Source of the DNA: Octopus vulgaris
Taxonomy: Eukaryota
Direction: 5' to 3'
Length of the DNA: 64,000 nt
Assembly (NCBI GenBank): GCA_951406725.2
Contig: OX597824.1
Location: 17,050,001 to 17,114,000, forward strand
Under the pieces are notes generated by a model. It was not told the origin of the DNA and searched no databases. It worked only from the letters and a program-made list of their open reading frames with translations. Each line of letters begins with the position of its first letter. The first letter of the stretch is position 1. Of the stretch, positions 28,047 to 42,495 are shown in pieces. A program made the position numbers and the translations under genes.

Positions 28047-28783
28047 TAAAGAAAAGGTAGATAAAGAAAATGAAAAGAAAGTGACAAAAAAAGAAGAAAA
28101 CTGGAAAGTCATGGCTGGAGTGCCTCTCCTCGTGAGTGTACTCGGACAACAGCAACAACAACTATAACAGCAGCAACAGTATGGGGGGGGGGGAGCAACA
28201 GCAGTAACTACATGGAACCGCAGCAGCAAACCAACAACAACAATAACAACAACAACAACCACAACAGCAACAACAACAATAATTTGGTAACTTATTCATT
28301 GAGTCAGTTATCAACAGCCGCCGCCCCTGCTAACCCAGTAATCCACACCAATGATATATCTACAGAATCTTGTATGGAGGACGGACATTCTGCCAACACA
28401 AGACGAACCAGAATCGAAAACAAACAAAAACAACGAAATATAATATATATAAACAAAAAAATATAAAAAAAATAATAAATAAATAAATAAAAAAATACGG
28501 AATTTCAAGAAATTTCGGATTCTTCATTCTACAATGAGGAAGAGATTACTGTCAATTTTTTGAAATTTTTTTCTCTTTCTTTTACGTTTTGCATTTTTTG
28601 AATTCTCTCTTAGCATTTCTGTCTTTCTGTCTTTCTTTATTTTCTTATTTACCGTTTCTTTCTCGTGTCCTTTTGTTTTTGTTTTTTTTTCTTTTGGTAT
28701 TTTATTTCGGATAATCTGTTACTTATACATAAGATGGCGATAAGCCCGTACGTAACATTTATCACTCTCCTGATTGAGGACGA

Positions 28784-30870
<2,087 letters not shown>

Positions 30871-31056
30871 GACGTGGGCGCAGCGGCGGCAAAGTGGAGA
30901 GATCGATGGCGTAAGTGACAGCGTCATGACGATGGCGGCGATGATTAAAACAAATGTATGCAGCACATCTAAATACATAAATAAATCAAACAAATACACA
31001 TATGATGAATGAAACGTCATTGATTGATGTTCGTACAATGTTCATGCCATCCCTTA

Positions 31057-31069
31057 CCACCAGGGGGCG
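31057..31069 (+). promoter_or_regulatory. Candidate CTCF binding site
   Basis: CCACCAGGGGGCG matches the canonical CTCF core at 13 consecutive bases, in non-repetitive sequence. Confidence 0.5.
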
Positions 31070-31189
31070 TTCTGAAGTCTAATCAATAACGCAATGTCCA
31101 AATCAATGTTTTATTTATTTATGTTTATACTTGTTATTATCATTGTTGTTGTTAGTGGTGCTGCTGTTGTTGTTGTTCTTCTTCTTGTC

Positions 31190-31236
<47 letters not shown>

Positions 31237-31713
31237 GTTGTTGTTGTTGTTATTATTATTTGCTTCGTTGTCTTCTCTGCTTTTATCATTCTTAGACGAG
31301 ATTCGGGCAACATATTCTGCTTCCGCTATTTCTTCTGCCGTATAACTTATATGGAACATATGTAAATATATTCACGCCTGCGCACAGACACGCTATACAC
31401 ACACTCACACACACACAACCAGGCAAGCGCACATGCTTGCACATACTCACACACACACGATCTAAAACACATACACACAAACAGATACGTACAGGCATGT
31501 AGCTACGCAAAATTAGGGAAGGAATACTACAAACGTGTTAGATTCAGAATGAAAGCAGAATGACATGACAAAAATAAAATAATAGGCATCGATACTTTAG
31601 CTGTGTCAGTAATAAGTTAGAGTCATAATATAATCAAATAAACGTTTAATAATATTCACGTTTGTTGACGCATACACACGTTCACACACACACACATGCA
31701 AACTCACACATTT

Positions 31714-32317
31714 CTTATTTCTTTACTACCCACAAGAGGCTACACACAGAGGGTACGAACAAGGACAGACAAACGGATTAAGTCGATTATATCGACCCCA
31801 GTGCGTAACTGGTACTTAGTCAATCGACCCCCGAAAGGATTACAGGCAAAGTAAACCTCGGCAGAATTTGAACTCAGAACGTAGCGGCAGACAAAATATC
31901 TATTTCTTTACTACCCACAAGGGACTAAACACAGAGAGGACAAACAAGGACAGGCAAACGGATTAAGTCGATTATATCGACCCAAGTGCGTAACTGGTAC
32001 TTATTTAATCGACCCCGAAAGGATAAAAGGCAAAGTCGACCTCGGCGGAATTTGAACGCAGAACGTAGTGGCAGAAGAAATACCTATTTCTTTACTACTC
32101 ACAAGGGCCTAAACTCAGAGGAGCCAAACAAGGATAGAGAAACGGATTAAGTCGATTATATCGACCCCAGTGCTTAACTGGTACTTATTTAATCGACCCC
32201 GAAAGGATGAAAGGCAAAGTCGACCTCGGTGGAATTTGAACTCAGAATGCAGCGGCGGACGAAATACCACAAAGCATTTCGCCCGGCGTGCTAACGTTTC
32301 TGCCAGCTCGCCGCCTT
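31714..32317 (-). mobile_element. SINE family C trimer (one head, three bodies)
   Basis: Tails at about 31718, 31902 and 32087; single full head at 32317. Confidence 0.92.
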
Positions 32318-32625
32318 ACACATACATTTCTGCATGCAAATACACACAGGGACATATACATTTATTCTCGCAGCAATCCCTCGAACATCGCGCGTTTTAC
32401 GTTCCTAAACACACCGCCATAGGAGAAATTCCGCGAAGTAAAAACAGTATTGTACTGTATATCTTTATTATTTTTATAATTTGTAAATATTTATTTTATA
32501 ATAAATGCAAAACACTACCACACACTTGCCTCCTGAGTTTCGCTTTCCATACAATATGTGCGATATTTTGTCTACTCATCTTCGGTGCTCTATGTATTTT
32601 CTTTAAATATATTTTGATTAATCTG

Positions 32626-32764
32626 TGGAGCGGCCGTGTGGTATGTAGCTTGCTTACCAACCACATGGTTCTGGGTTCATTCCCACCACGGCACTTCTAC
32701 TATAGCCTCGGGCCGACCAAAGCCTTGTGAGTGAATTTGGTAGACGGAAACTGAAAGAAGCCCG

Positions 32765-32816
<52 letters not shown>

Positions 32817-33043
32817 AAGTGTTTGTGTATTTATGTGTGTGTGTGTGTGTATGTGTGTGTCTGTGTTTTTCCCCCAACATTGCTTGACAACCAATGGTGG
32901 TTTGTTTACCTCCCCGTAACTTAGTAGCTCTGCAAAAGAGACCGATAGAATAAGTACTAGGCTTACAAAGAATAAGTCATGGGGTTGATTTCTTCGATCT
33001 AAAGGCATGGCCGCAGTCAAATGACTGAAATAAATAAAAGAGT
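32626..33043 (+). mobile_element. SINE family A
   Basis: Colinear with the other copies, with a small deletion in the CORE-like box. Confidence 0.88.
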
Positions 33044-33357
33044 TGCAGTAGTGTATTGTTGAGCATGTCTCCTTTGGTGTTTGAATAATTTACCTCTGGA
33101 AACATGGGTGTTTCGTTCAACATCCTTAAGCAACCCAACCCTTAGTCAGGCACATTTTGAGCTGGATGGGCTACTCAACTTGGAAGGTCAGACGCTCATT
33201 ATCTTGATATGAGATCACCATATCGTGCACATATAGTTATGATGCATGGGCTTGGTATACCCTTATCGGACGGGTAATCATGATGGGTATACTGGGCTTC
33301 GTATATTTTGCGCTTGTGTCACTTTGATGGCATGCACACTTTCTCAATAATAATAAT
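33044..33357 (+). mobile_element. Probable non-LTR element 3' UTR ending in (AAT)n
   Basis: Non-coding block ending GTCACTTTGATGGCATGCAC...CTC(AAT)n. Family not identified. Confidence 0.4.
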
Positions 33358-33941
33358 AGCTGCACAAGTTAAAGCATTATGGACTAATTGGATAAAAGCC
33401 AAAAATAGATAAAAACCAAGTAGATTCCCAATGTAGATTATGCAAATCAAAAGAAGGAAGCGTTACACATATAATACATGAATGTAGCATGCTGGCAATG
33501 AAAGGCTACCAGAAAAGACATGACAATCTAAGGACAGCCATCCACTGGGAGCTTTTTAGTAAGATAGAACTTGAACATACTGATAACTAGTATGAACATG
33601 AACCTAGTAAAGTACTAGAAAGCAAGAAATACAAGATGTTGTGCGACTTTAACATTCAGACTGACAGAATAATAGAAGATAGAAGACCTGATTTGGTAGT
33701 AGTAAAAGGAAAGAATGGAACGTGCCAGATAATTGACTTTACAGTCCCAAATGGTGAAAAAATTAATATGAGAAGTATAGAAAAAATAGCAAAATACCAG
33801 GGCCCAGCTATTGAATTACAGAGACTATGGAAAGTGCGGGTAAAATGTATCCCAGTAGTTATAGGTGTACTGAGAACTAACCCTAAATATCTGAACAGAA
33901 GGATAGAGGAAATAGGCAGAAAAGCTAGATTAGTAATGTAA
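33356..33941 (+). mobile_element. R4/Dong-like RLE non-LTR retrotransposon 3' fragment (zinc knuckle and endonuclease)
   Basis: IAAQ...CRLCKSKEGSVTHIIHEC (CCHC), [23 protein letters not shown]...IIDFTVP...EKIAKY (PD-D/ExK endonuclease). Confidence 0.9.
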
Positions 33942-33992
33942 CCATCCTTTAACGTGGTTAACATATCCACCACCTCTCTCTCTCTGTCTCTC

Positions 33993-34038
<46 letters not shown>

Positions 34039-34076
34039 TATATACACATATATATATATATACACATATATATACA

Positions 34077-34110
<34 letters not shown>

Positions 34111-34149
34111 CATATATATTTATACATATATATATATACATATATATAC

Positions 34150-34184
<35 letters not shown>

Positions 34185-34235
34185 CATATTTATATATATA
34201 CATATCTATATATATGCATATTTATATATATACAT

Positions 34236-34335
<100 letters not shown>

Positions 34336-34920
34336 TGATTGTTGTTAACAATATAGTAAATACTATTTCAATAACTTCAATTCATCACAGACATTTTACT
34401 CATTTTAAGTTGGAGTATGGTTTTCTCAAAATAGTAAGCCATTTACAAATAAGGGACAGCATAAGTTATTCTAGTGCATGGTCAATATTAATAAAGCATA
34501 TCTGAATTAAAGAAGTGCAATATCTCCATTATGACCAACTGAACGATATCGTGCGAAAATATTGTTGTTTACTTTTGTTAATCGCAAAGAAATCACAATA
34601 AATTTGCTGTGTTTGCAGAGAAATTCTTATTAAGGAAATAAGCATAATATTTCATTTTATGCTTTCCCCACTTTTTTTGTTAAGTAAATGACATTCACTA
34701 GAATTGGCAGACTAATTATTTGTAGTCTGCATTTCGTGAAGTTTGGCAAATAATTCATGAGAATGGTTGTAGGAAATTATCCTGGGACCACAATGAAGGA
34801 ATCCTCTAGCAAACACATAATGTGACAGAAAAAAAATAATAGTAAAAACAATGAAAATTCGTATTATTCTCCTTAGGGTCTAACGCAGAATAACTTCTCT
34901 GAATTAAACGAATAAAATCT

Positions 34921-35315
34921 GAGTTGCTGTGTGGTAAGTAGCTTGCCTAAGAACCACATGGTTCCGTGTTCAGTCTCACTGCGTGGCACCTTGGGCAAAT
35001 GTCTTCTACTATAGCCTCGGGCTGACCAAAGCCCTGTGAGTGGATTTGGTAAACGGAAACTGAAAGATGCCCGTCGTATATATGCATATGTATATATGTG
35101 TTTGTATTTGTGCGTCTGTGTTTGTTCACCCAACATCGCTTGACAGCTCGATGGTGGTGTTTACGTCTCCGTAACTTAGAGGTTCGGCAAAAGTGACCGA
35201 TAGAATAGGTACTAGGCTAACAAGGAATAAATCCTGGGGTCGATTTGCTCGACTAAAGGCAGTGCTCCAGCTAGGCCACAGTCAAAGGAGCGAAACAATT
35301 AAAAGATAAAAGAGT
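34921..35315 (+). mobile_element. SINE family A
   Basis: Colinear with the other copies. Confidence 0.9.
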
Positions 35316-36020
35316 AGTGCCCATGAGCAGAAACTTTTGACTGTGAAATAATGTGTAAATCTATAAAAACCTGCTCATGATGCCTAGCATATAAAACGGA
35401 AAATCAGAATTTGTTACGAGTTTAATATGTTTCTATGCTACATGTCTATATTTAACACCTGTATGAAATCGTAAGAGAACATTATTTTCACGTGCAGTGA
35501 ATAATTCTGGCCAAAATTTACCTTTGGATCTCATCAGACTAAGTTAAGAGCTTACTTTCTGAATGACAGAAATTTACCCTAGTCATAGAAATATGAAATG
35601 AATAGCAAATACGTTTCGAAAACATCCTTATCAAAGAGAAAGCTAACTATGACAATAGAGAACGTTTTGATACTCACTATCACGATAGACATATCACATC
35701 TATAAGAAAATATTTTTTCTTATGTGTAAACTCAGAGAATACTTCAAAATTAATCCCTACTAAACACTTTACCCGGATAACAAGATGAATACAATGTTGT
35801 TAATAATAAGCTATTATTAACTTCCTTATCTCCATTTTCTTTTCTTCTTTTAAATGGATACAAAATATATGCTTAATATATGCCTATTGTTTAAGGGAAT
35901 TTCATACCCCCAAATACTAGGAATTGAACTAGTATTTCCTTGGATGCAATCATCCCTTCACGAGGTTAACGTATCAGGCAGCTTTAAGGATAGAATATTC
36001 AAAAGGAGGTGATTATAAAT

Positions 36021-36322
36021 ATACGTTCACATCGACTGACAGGTCGTAAGTCGATCTGGTCGTATGTCGGATTTATATTATGCAACACTATTTTCAATCA
36101 AACGCAAATGGTGCTTGAAAGCGACTGAGAGACAGTGGCAAGCAGTAGATTCCTGGGTCTGAGTGAGGCCTGCGTTACCAGATACTACTATAGTTATCAT
36201 ACAAACAGCTAGCCAACGTCCCAAGATAGATGATTTAATTATTTAGTATTTTATTTAATTGTTTTTGTGGTCGTAAGTGCAAGTGGGCGTAAGTCGCATA
36301 GGACGGAAGTCGAGAAGTTGTA
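36021..36322. mobile_element. Possible Tigger/pogo-like MITE remnant
   Basis: Repeated GTCGTAAGTCG-like motifs near both ends and degenerate inverted termini next to TA. Confidence 0.4.
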
Positions 36323-36447
36323 AAATAATTTTCAAAATCTGTGAATAATTAAAAAAAACCAAAAGCGGTTTATTTTTGTATGCACTAACGAATTACAACC
36401 TTAATATAGCGAAAGACAACAGTGTTTTCCCCATTGTCATCAGCTCT

Positions 36448-36830
36448 GTGGAGGCGCAATGGCCCAGTGGTTAGGGCAGCGGACTCGCGGTCGTAGGATC
36501 GCGGTTTCGATTCCCAGACCGGGCGTTGTGAGTGTTTATTGAGCGAAAACACCTAAAGCTCCATGAGGCTCCGGCAGGGGATGGTGGTGATCCCTGCTGT
36601 ACTCTTTCACCACAACTTTCTCTCACTCTTACTTCCTGTTTCTGTTGTGCCTGTATTTCAAAGGGCCGGCCTTGTCACTTTCTGTGTCACGCTGAATATC
36701 CCCGAGAACTACGTTAAGGGTACACGTGTCTGTGGAGTGCTCAGCCACTTACACGTTAATTTCACGAGCAGGCTATTCCGTTGATCGGATCAACCGGAAC
36801 CCTCGTCGTCGTAACCGACGGAGTGCTTCC
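36448..36830 (+). mobile_element. SINE family B, tail type 1, young full-length copy with a ~44-bp flanking duplication
   Basis: Nearly identical to 47606-47989. Direct repeats at 36406-36449 and 36831-36874. Confidence 0.93.
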
Positions 36831-37205
36831 ATAGCGAAAGACAACAGCGTTTTACTCATTGTCATCAGCTCTGTTATTTAAGCTTTTCCCTGCAACACTT
36901 CGGCATTCTTTGCCCAAGGATCAAATAAGGACATGGAACATTTGATATTTAGTCAAGGCTCACATGACATCACTGAATGACCACAGGCCGTTGGGACTGT
37001 GTAATATCAAGGACACTGCAATTCATTGAAATCTCTATGCCGAAGCCATAGAATTCATAACTGAGGACCCTTTACATCGGGTCCATAACAGGCCTGGAAA
37101 ACAGTGGTTACATAGCGGAAACTCCATACTCACAAAACATCCTGAACTCCAGAGCTGCAGCCTCATCACCAGATGCTCTTTAATATCTTCTTCACTATAA
37201 ATATT

Positions 37206-38165
37206 TATTTCTTTATTGCTCACAGGGGGATAACCATATTGGGAACAAACACGGACAGACAAACGGATTAAGTCGATTACATCGAATCTAGTGCGTAACA
37301 GGTACTGATTTAATCGACCCCGAAAGGATGAAAGGCAAAGTCGACCTTGGAAGAATATGAACTCAGAACGTAACGGGAGACAAAATACCTATTTCTTTAC
37401 TACCCACAAGGAGCTAAACACAGAGAGGACAGACAAGGACGGACATACGGATTAAGTCGATTACATCGATCCCAGTGCGTAATTGGTACTTAATTTATCG
37501 ACACCGAAAGGATAAAAGGCAAAGTCGACCTCGGCGGAATTTGACTCAGAACGTAGCAGCAAATGAAATACCTATTTCTTTACTACCGACAAGGGGCTAA
37601 ACACAGAGGAGACAAGGAAGGACAGACAGACGGATAAAATCGATTACATTGACCCCAGTGCGTAACTGGTACTTTATTATTTATCGACCCCGAAAGGATG
37701 AAAGGCAAAGTCGACCTCGGCGGAATTTGAACACAGAACGAAACGGCAGACGAACTACCTATTTCTATTTCTTTACTACCCACAAGGGGCTAAACATGGA
37801 GAGGACAAACAAGGACGGACAGACGGATTATGTCGATTATATCGACCCCAGTGCGTAATTGGTACTTATTTAATCGAACCCGAAAGGATGAAAGGCAAAG
37901 TCGACCACGGCAGAATTTGACTCAGAACGTAGCAGCAAACGAAATACCTATTTCTTTACTACCGACAAGGGGCTAAACACACAGGAGACGCGGAAGGACA
38001 GACAAACGGATTAAGTCGATTACATCGACCCCAGTGCGTAACTGGTACTTATTTATCGAACCCGAAAGGATGAAAGGCAAAGTCGAACTTGGCGGAATTT
38101 GAACTCAGAACGTAGCGGCAGACGAAGTACCGCTAAGCATTTGGTCTGGCGTGCTAACGATTCTG
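37206..38165 (-). mobile_element. SINE family C pentamer with a 13-bp TSD
   Basis: Five ~185-bp units (tails at about 37208, 37392, 37575, 37768, 37951). TSD CACTATAAATATT at 37193-37205 and 38166-38178. Confidence 0.93.
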
Positions 38166-38199
38166 CACTATAAATATTAAATCTAACATATGTAAACGA

Positions 38200-38990
38200 C
38201 AAAAATTCTGTATAAGCAGAGAAGCTGTAATTAGAAATATAACACGCATCTCTATGAGGTGATATATTGTCTCAAGAAACTTCCCCTTCTCTACCTACTT
38301 TTTGTCTAGCACTAATATATTTTAAGCAACGTGTTAAAACAAAACTGAACTCGGATACTAATTCTACGGGAGGAGACTCAGCCTTTTTTTCTTCTTTCTC
38401 AAACACATCAGCAGTTTGAGAATACAGCGGAAGACGACTACATTCAACGCATATACTTGATAGGGGAGTTCGTATGCAATGTGGATTAAATAGTGGGAAA
38501 TTAATTATGAACACCAATGTGAAGTTAGAAGAAGAACAAGAAGCTGAGATAAAAGTATTATACTAAACGTAGATTCATACTGTAATTAAGAATTAATGAA
38601 CAAAGAATAGTACAACATATGTGCCTGAACGAAAACTCTGGGAAGAAATATTATAGTCGCATCATATTACTATTTAAAACAGAGCTAAACACTTAAGACA
38701 TTCTTACGTCAGTGGTTCAGTAATAAGTTTTTTGTAAAAATATTCTCCATTGGAAACGAAAGAAATTAGTAAGACTAAAGAGAAAAAGTGTAAAAGTTAA
38801 TAACTTCATTTATATTACATAGTCTATCATCTGACAGAAAAAATACATTAACTACTAAGAGAGGTAGCTGGAGGGTGTTATGTAAATATAGAATAATCGC
38901 TGTAGCAGTTGAGACGTACTTAGCAAAGAACAAAGAAAAACTACTACAGATTGCTACAAAACGTACACAAATTACAAACCTGCTTTAATT
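38200..38990 (+). mobile_element. Decayed R4/Dong-like LINE reverse transcriptase fragment
   Basis: GDILSQ...TFCLALI (cf. QGDSLSPLLFCLAL), GVRMQCGL (cf. DIGMEFGL) and YYSRIILLFKTELN (cf. YYRRVRKILKSELN). Confidence 0.55.
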
Positions 38991-39134
38991 AGGAAACATA
39001 GTCAAGAAATACACAGGTGATGGCGTGGCGTTGAAGCAACAGCAAACTTTGGGAAACGAAAGCCTGGGGTTGAAATAAAAGCTGAAATGAAGGAACTAAA
39101 ATGAAAAGGTTACCCGTATATGGTCAATATTATT

Positions 39135-39352
39135 CACTTTTTTCTTGTTTCAGTCATCAGGACTGTGGCCATGCTGGAGCACCGCCTTTTAGTCGAGCTG
39201 ATCGACCCCCAGGATTTACTCTTTGTAAGCCTAGTACTTATTCTATCGGTGTCCTTTGCCGAACCTCAAAGTAACGGGGACGTAAACAAACCAGTATCGG
39301 TTGCCAAGCGATGTTGGGCGAGACAAACACAGACACACAAACATACATACAA

Positions 39353-39389
<37 letters not shown>

Positions 39390-39400
39390 AATATATATAT
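39135..39400 (-). mobile_element. SINE family A 3' half, truncated at its internal microsatellite
   Basis: Tail and body match; the head is absent. Confidence 0.87.
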
Positions 39401-39694
39401 ATTGGTAAAAACGGTAAGATAACAAAAGAAAGAAAGAGACCTCAATATTATGTAAATAGAGGAAATTTATCTGTAAAACAATATGTTACAATTATACAAT
39501 AGCCAAGATAAAACTCTGAGTTTCGGAAGCCGAGGTGGAAATCCACAACACCATCTCTTCAATTATCTGGTCATCTGAAAAACATTTTTCGGATGGCCAG
39601 ATAATTGAAGAGATGGTGTTGTGGATTTCCATCTCGGCATCCGAAACTCAGAGTTTTATCTTGGCTATTGAATAATTGTCACATTTTATTTTAC

Positions 39695-39699
<5 letters not shown>
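39401..39699. mobile_element. (TA)n-flanked Penelope-like fold-back element with a 232-bp palindrome
   Basis: 39468-39582 is the reverse complement of 39585-39699 with few mismatches. Each arm has a hammerhead-like TTGAAGA...GAAAC-TCAGA-GTT. Confidence 0.75.
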
Positions 39700-39737
<38 letters not shown>

Positions 39738-40337
39738 GGAAACAGAAATTTTTGCCACGGTGATATGTAAAATACTCGCCTCTGATTGGCTAAAATACCC
39801 AAATTTTGCAAATTTTAAAGGCTAATAACTGTTTAATTAAGCATTTATAGGGAAAATCAATTTCATCTTCATACTTAGTATACAAAACGTAATCCATATA
39901 TCACATTTGCAAACAATTACACCAAAATCGTAAACAATGACATGAAACACAATGATCCAGATTGAATGCTGGTATGCCTGGGCTTCAGCCATTAATATGT
40001 CCTTGCCGTAGATATATATTCGATGTCTTGCCATACAGTCCGAAGGTCTCTTTTTACGTGGGTGTTAAATTCTTCTCCAAGCGACGGCATTTTAAACCCA
40101 CATAGAAATATACGAAAGTTATTGCAATCAGTTGAATCAACAGGTGTAAAACCTGCGTACTCTTATTTTTCCCTTTAATCTTCTTGGGATATTCTATGAT
40201 TTCTTTGTTAAGAATACTCCAGCGAAGGAATCCTTGCTATTGCTGCCGTTGTTGCTAATAGTTACTGATCTGCCAATGTTATTCCTTTCACTATTGATGT
40301 TGCTGTCACTGCTGCTGGCTGTTGCTACTGTTGCTTG

Positions 40338-40648
40338 TTGAACGTAGCGGTCTTCGTCCCATTAGTGGGAGAAGTCCGAAACGTGGTCCTTTGCTATTCG
40401 TAAGACCCGCAGAAGAGAAAGCAGGTCAACCCCCTAACACCGAGAGCATCGACGGATAGATGAATGCGCATCCAGGCTCAGCGGTTGCGTAGGAAGTCGG
40501 GGACAAGAAACAGGAAGAGTGAGAGAAAGTTGGGGCGAAAGAGTTCATCCGGGCTCGCCGCCACCCCCTGCCGGAGTCTCGTGGAATTTTAGGTGTTTTC
40601 GCTCAATAAACACACATAACGCCCGGTTTGGGAATCGAAACCGTGATC
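40338..40648 (-). mobile_element. SINE family B, tail type 3, 5'-truncated
   Basis: B box and body shared with family B, followed by the distinct tail CTTGTCCCCGACTTCCTACGCAACCGCTGAGCC. Confidence 0.82.
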
Positions 40649-40667
40649 TTCCGGCTTTTGCTGCTCC

Positions 40668-41133
40668 TTCTTCTTCTTCCAGTCAGGAAACACGCTATTA
40701 GCCACAAAGAATAATCTCTAATTCGAGCCTACTCTAAGCTACTAAGAATGCGTGTGGTAACTTGAAGATCTACCCACCACACGTGATAGACTGGTGGTTG
40801 CACGGGCCTGAAAGCTATGTTGTTTTCCTCATTCCATAAACGGTGGCTTTTAACGGGTGCAGAGGATTTGCAATCAAGACTAGGGTCTGAAAGTTTACCA
40901 CACAATATTGGGTGACACCATGGTTCCTTTGCTCTTTGGCAGAAGTAGGAAGAAAAAGTGAGAGAAAGTTCTGGTGAACGAGAACAGCGGGGTTCACCCC
41001 ACCACCTCCGGATCCTCATGGAGCTTAGGTGTTTTTGCTCAATAAACACTCACAATGCTCGGCGTGGGAATCGAAACCGCGTTCTTACGACCGCGAGTCC
41101 GCTGCCCTAACCACTTGGCCATTGCGCCTCCAC
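40668..41133 (-). mobile_element. SINE family B, tail type 4
   Basis: Full family B head and body (41133 to about 40945), then a distinct ~270-bp tail ending in (GAA)n. Confidence 0.78.
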
Positions 41134-41756
41134 CGTTGTTGTCGCTGCCATCATCATCATCATCAGCACCAACACCAACACCAACACCGGCATCGCCGCC
41201 AACACCACCGCCTCCACCACCACAACCACCACCCTACTCTTCCTCATCACCAGTCACATCGCCATCTCCATCTTCGCTTTAATTAATCAAAACTACTACA
41301 ATAGCCCTTTCCTACAGCACTTAATACCAGAAGATTTATCACTACCACCGACATATCTACAGAATTGCTGCCGATTTTGGTGCTGTTGTTAATGCTGCTG
41401 CTGTTTTTTGACGATGGGAAACTCCTGCTGCTTTCCCAAAGACATCGCCAAGAACAAATAGAAAGTCGCATCATTAAACAGCCATAATTAATTTACTTGC
41501 GCCCTTATGTATGTATGTATGTATGTATGTATGTATGTATGTATGTATGTATGTATGTATGTATGTACATATGTATGTAAGTACGTACACATGTAAGTAC
41601 ATACACATAGATATATATCTATCTATCTATATATCTATACATCTCTCTCTCTCTATATATATATGTTTGTGCGAGTGTATAACGAAAGACAGAGTTGTGG
41701 TGAGATAAAGGGACATACCTAAGTGCATTGCTGTATACATGTTTTTTTTTTTTTTT

Positions 41757-41817
<61 letters not shown>

Positions 41818-41857
41818 CATACATACATACATAATATATACAGACAGGCGGGGACAT

Positions 41858-41898
<41 letters not shown>

Positions 41899-41925
41899 CA
41901 TTCTCGTATAGAAGTTAGTGTGTGA

Positions 41926-41969
<44 letters not shown>

Positions 41970-42060
41970 CAACAACAACGCTAAAAACAAGAAGAAGAAG
42001 AAGAAGAAGAAGAAGAAGAAGAAGAAGAAGAAGAAGAAGAAGAAGAAGAAGAAGAAGAAG

Positions 42061-42089
<29 letters not shown>
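41926..42089. repeat. (AAT)n-(AAC)n-(GAA)n array
   Basis: Seen directly. Confidence 0.95.
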
Positions 42090-42091
<2 letters not shown>

Positions 42092-42459
42092 TGAAAAAGA
42101 AGAACACAGTTAAAAAAAATTGTATGAAGCATTAACGTCAGAAGGTATTCCAGTAGAAAATAGCCAAAACATATAATGAGTGATTCAATTAGTGTTTGGA
42201 ACTTGGCAACAACATTGGAAATAAAAAAGAAATTTTCATTTGATATGTTACCAAAAAACACCCCATTATTATGATTCTAAAACTACAAGATCATATTTTA
42301 TCCAGGAATTTTTTGCACGTTATATTTTTTTCTTAGTTTTTGAAATATGTGTCTTTATTTCCAAGTTCTTTCTTATGTAACATTCACACATATACAAACC
42401 CATTTTACAAACACACACACATATATATATATAGATGTATATGCCATACTTTCATATAT

Positions 42460-42495
<36 letters not shown>

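Noticed and set aside
28212-28466. MEPQQQTNNNN... 84-aa ORF
   Set aside because: Low-complexity CAA/CAG origin, no recognisable domain, and no convincing splice context.
36448-36525. tRNA-like sequence with A and B boxes (also at 9744, 47606, 41133, 63375)
   Set aside because: No proper acceptor stem or terminator, and always continuous with a SINE body, so these are SINE heads rather than tRNA genes.
37206-38165. Regularly spaced repeats resembling a CRISPR array (also 49830-50268)
   Set aside because: Whole units are homologous with no unique spacers, there are no cas genes, and the context is eukaryotic.
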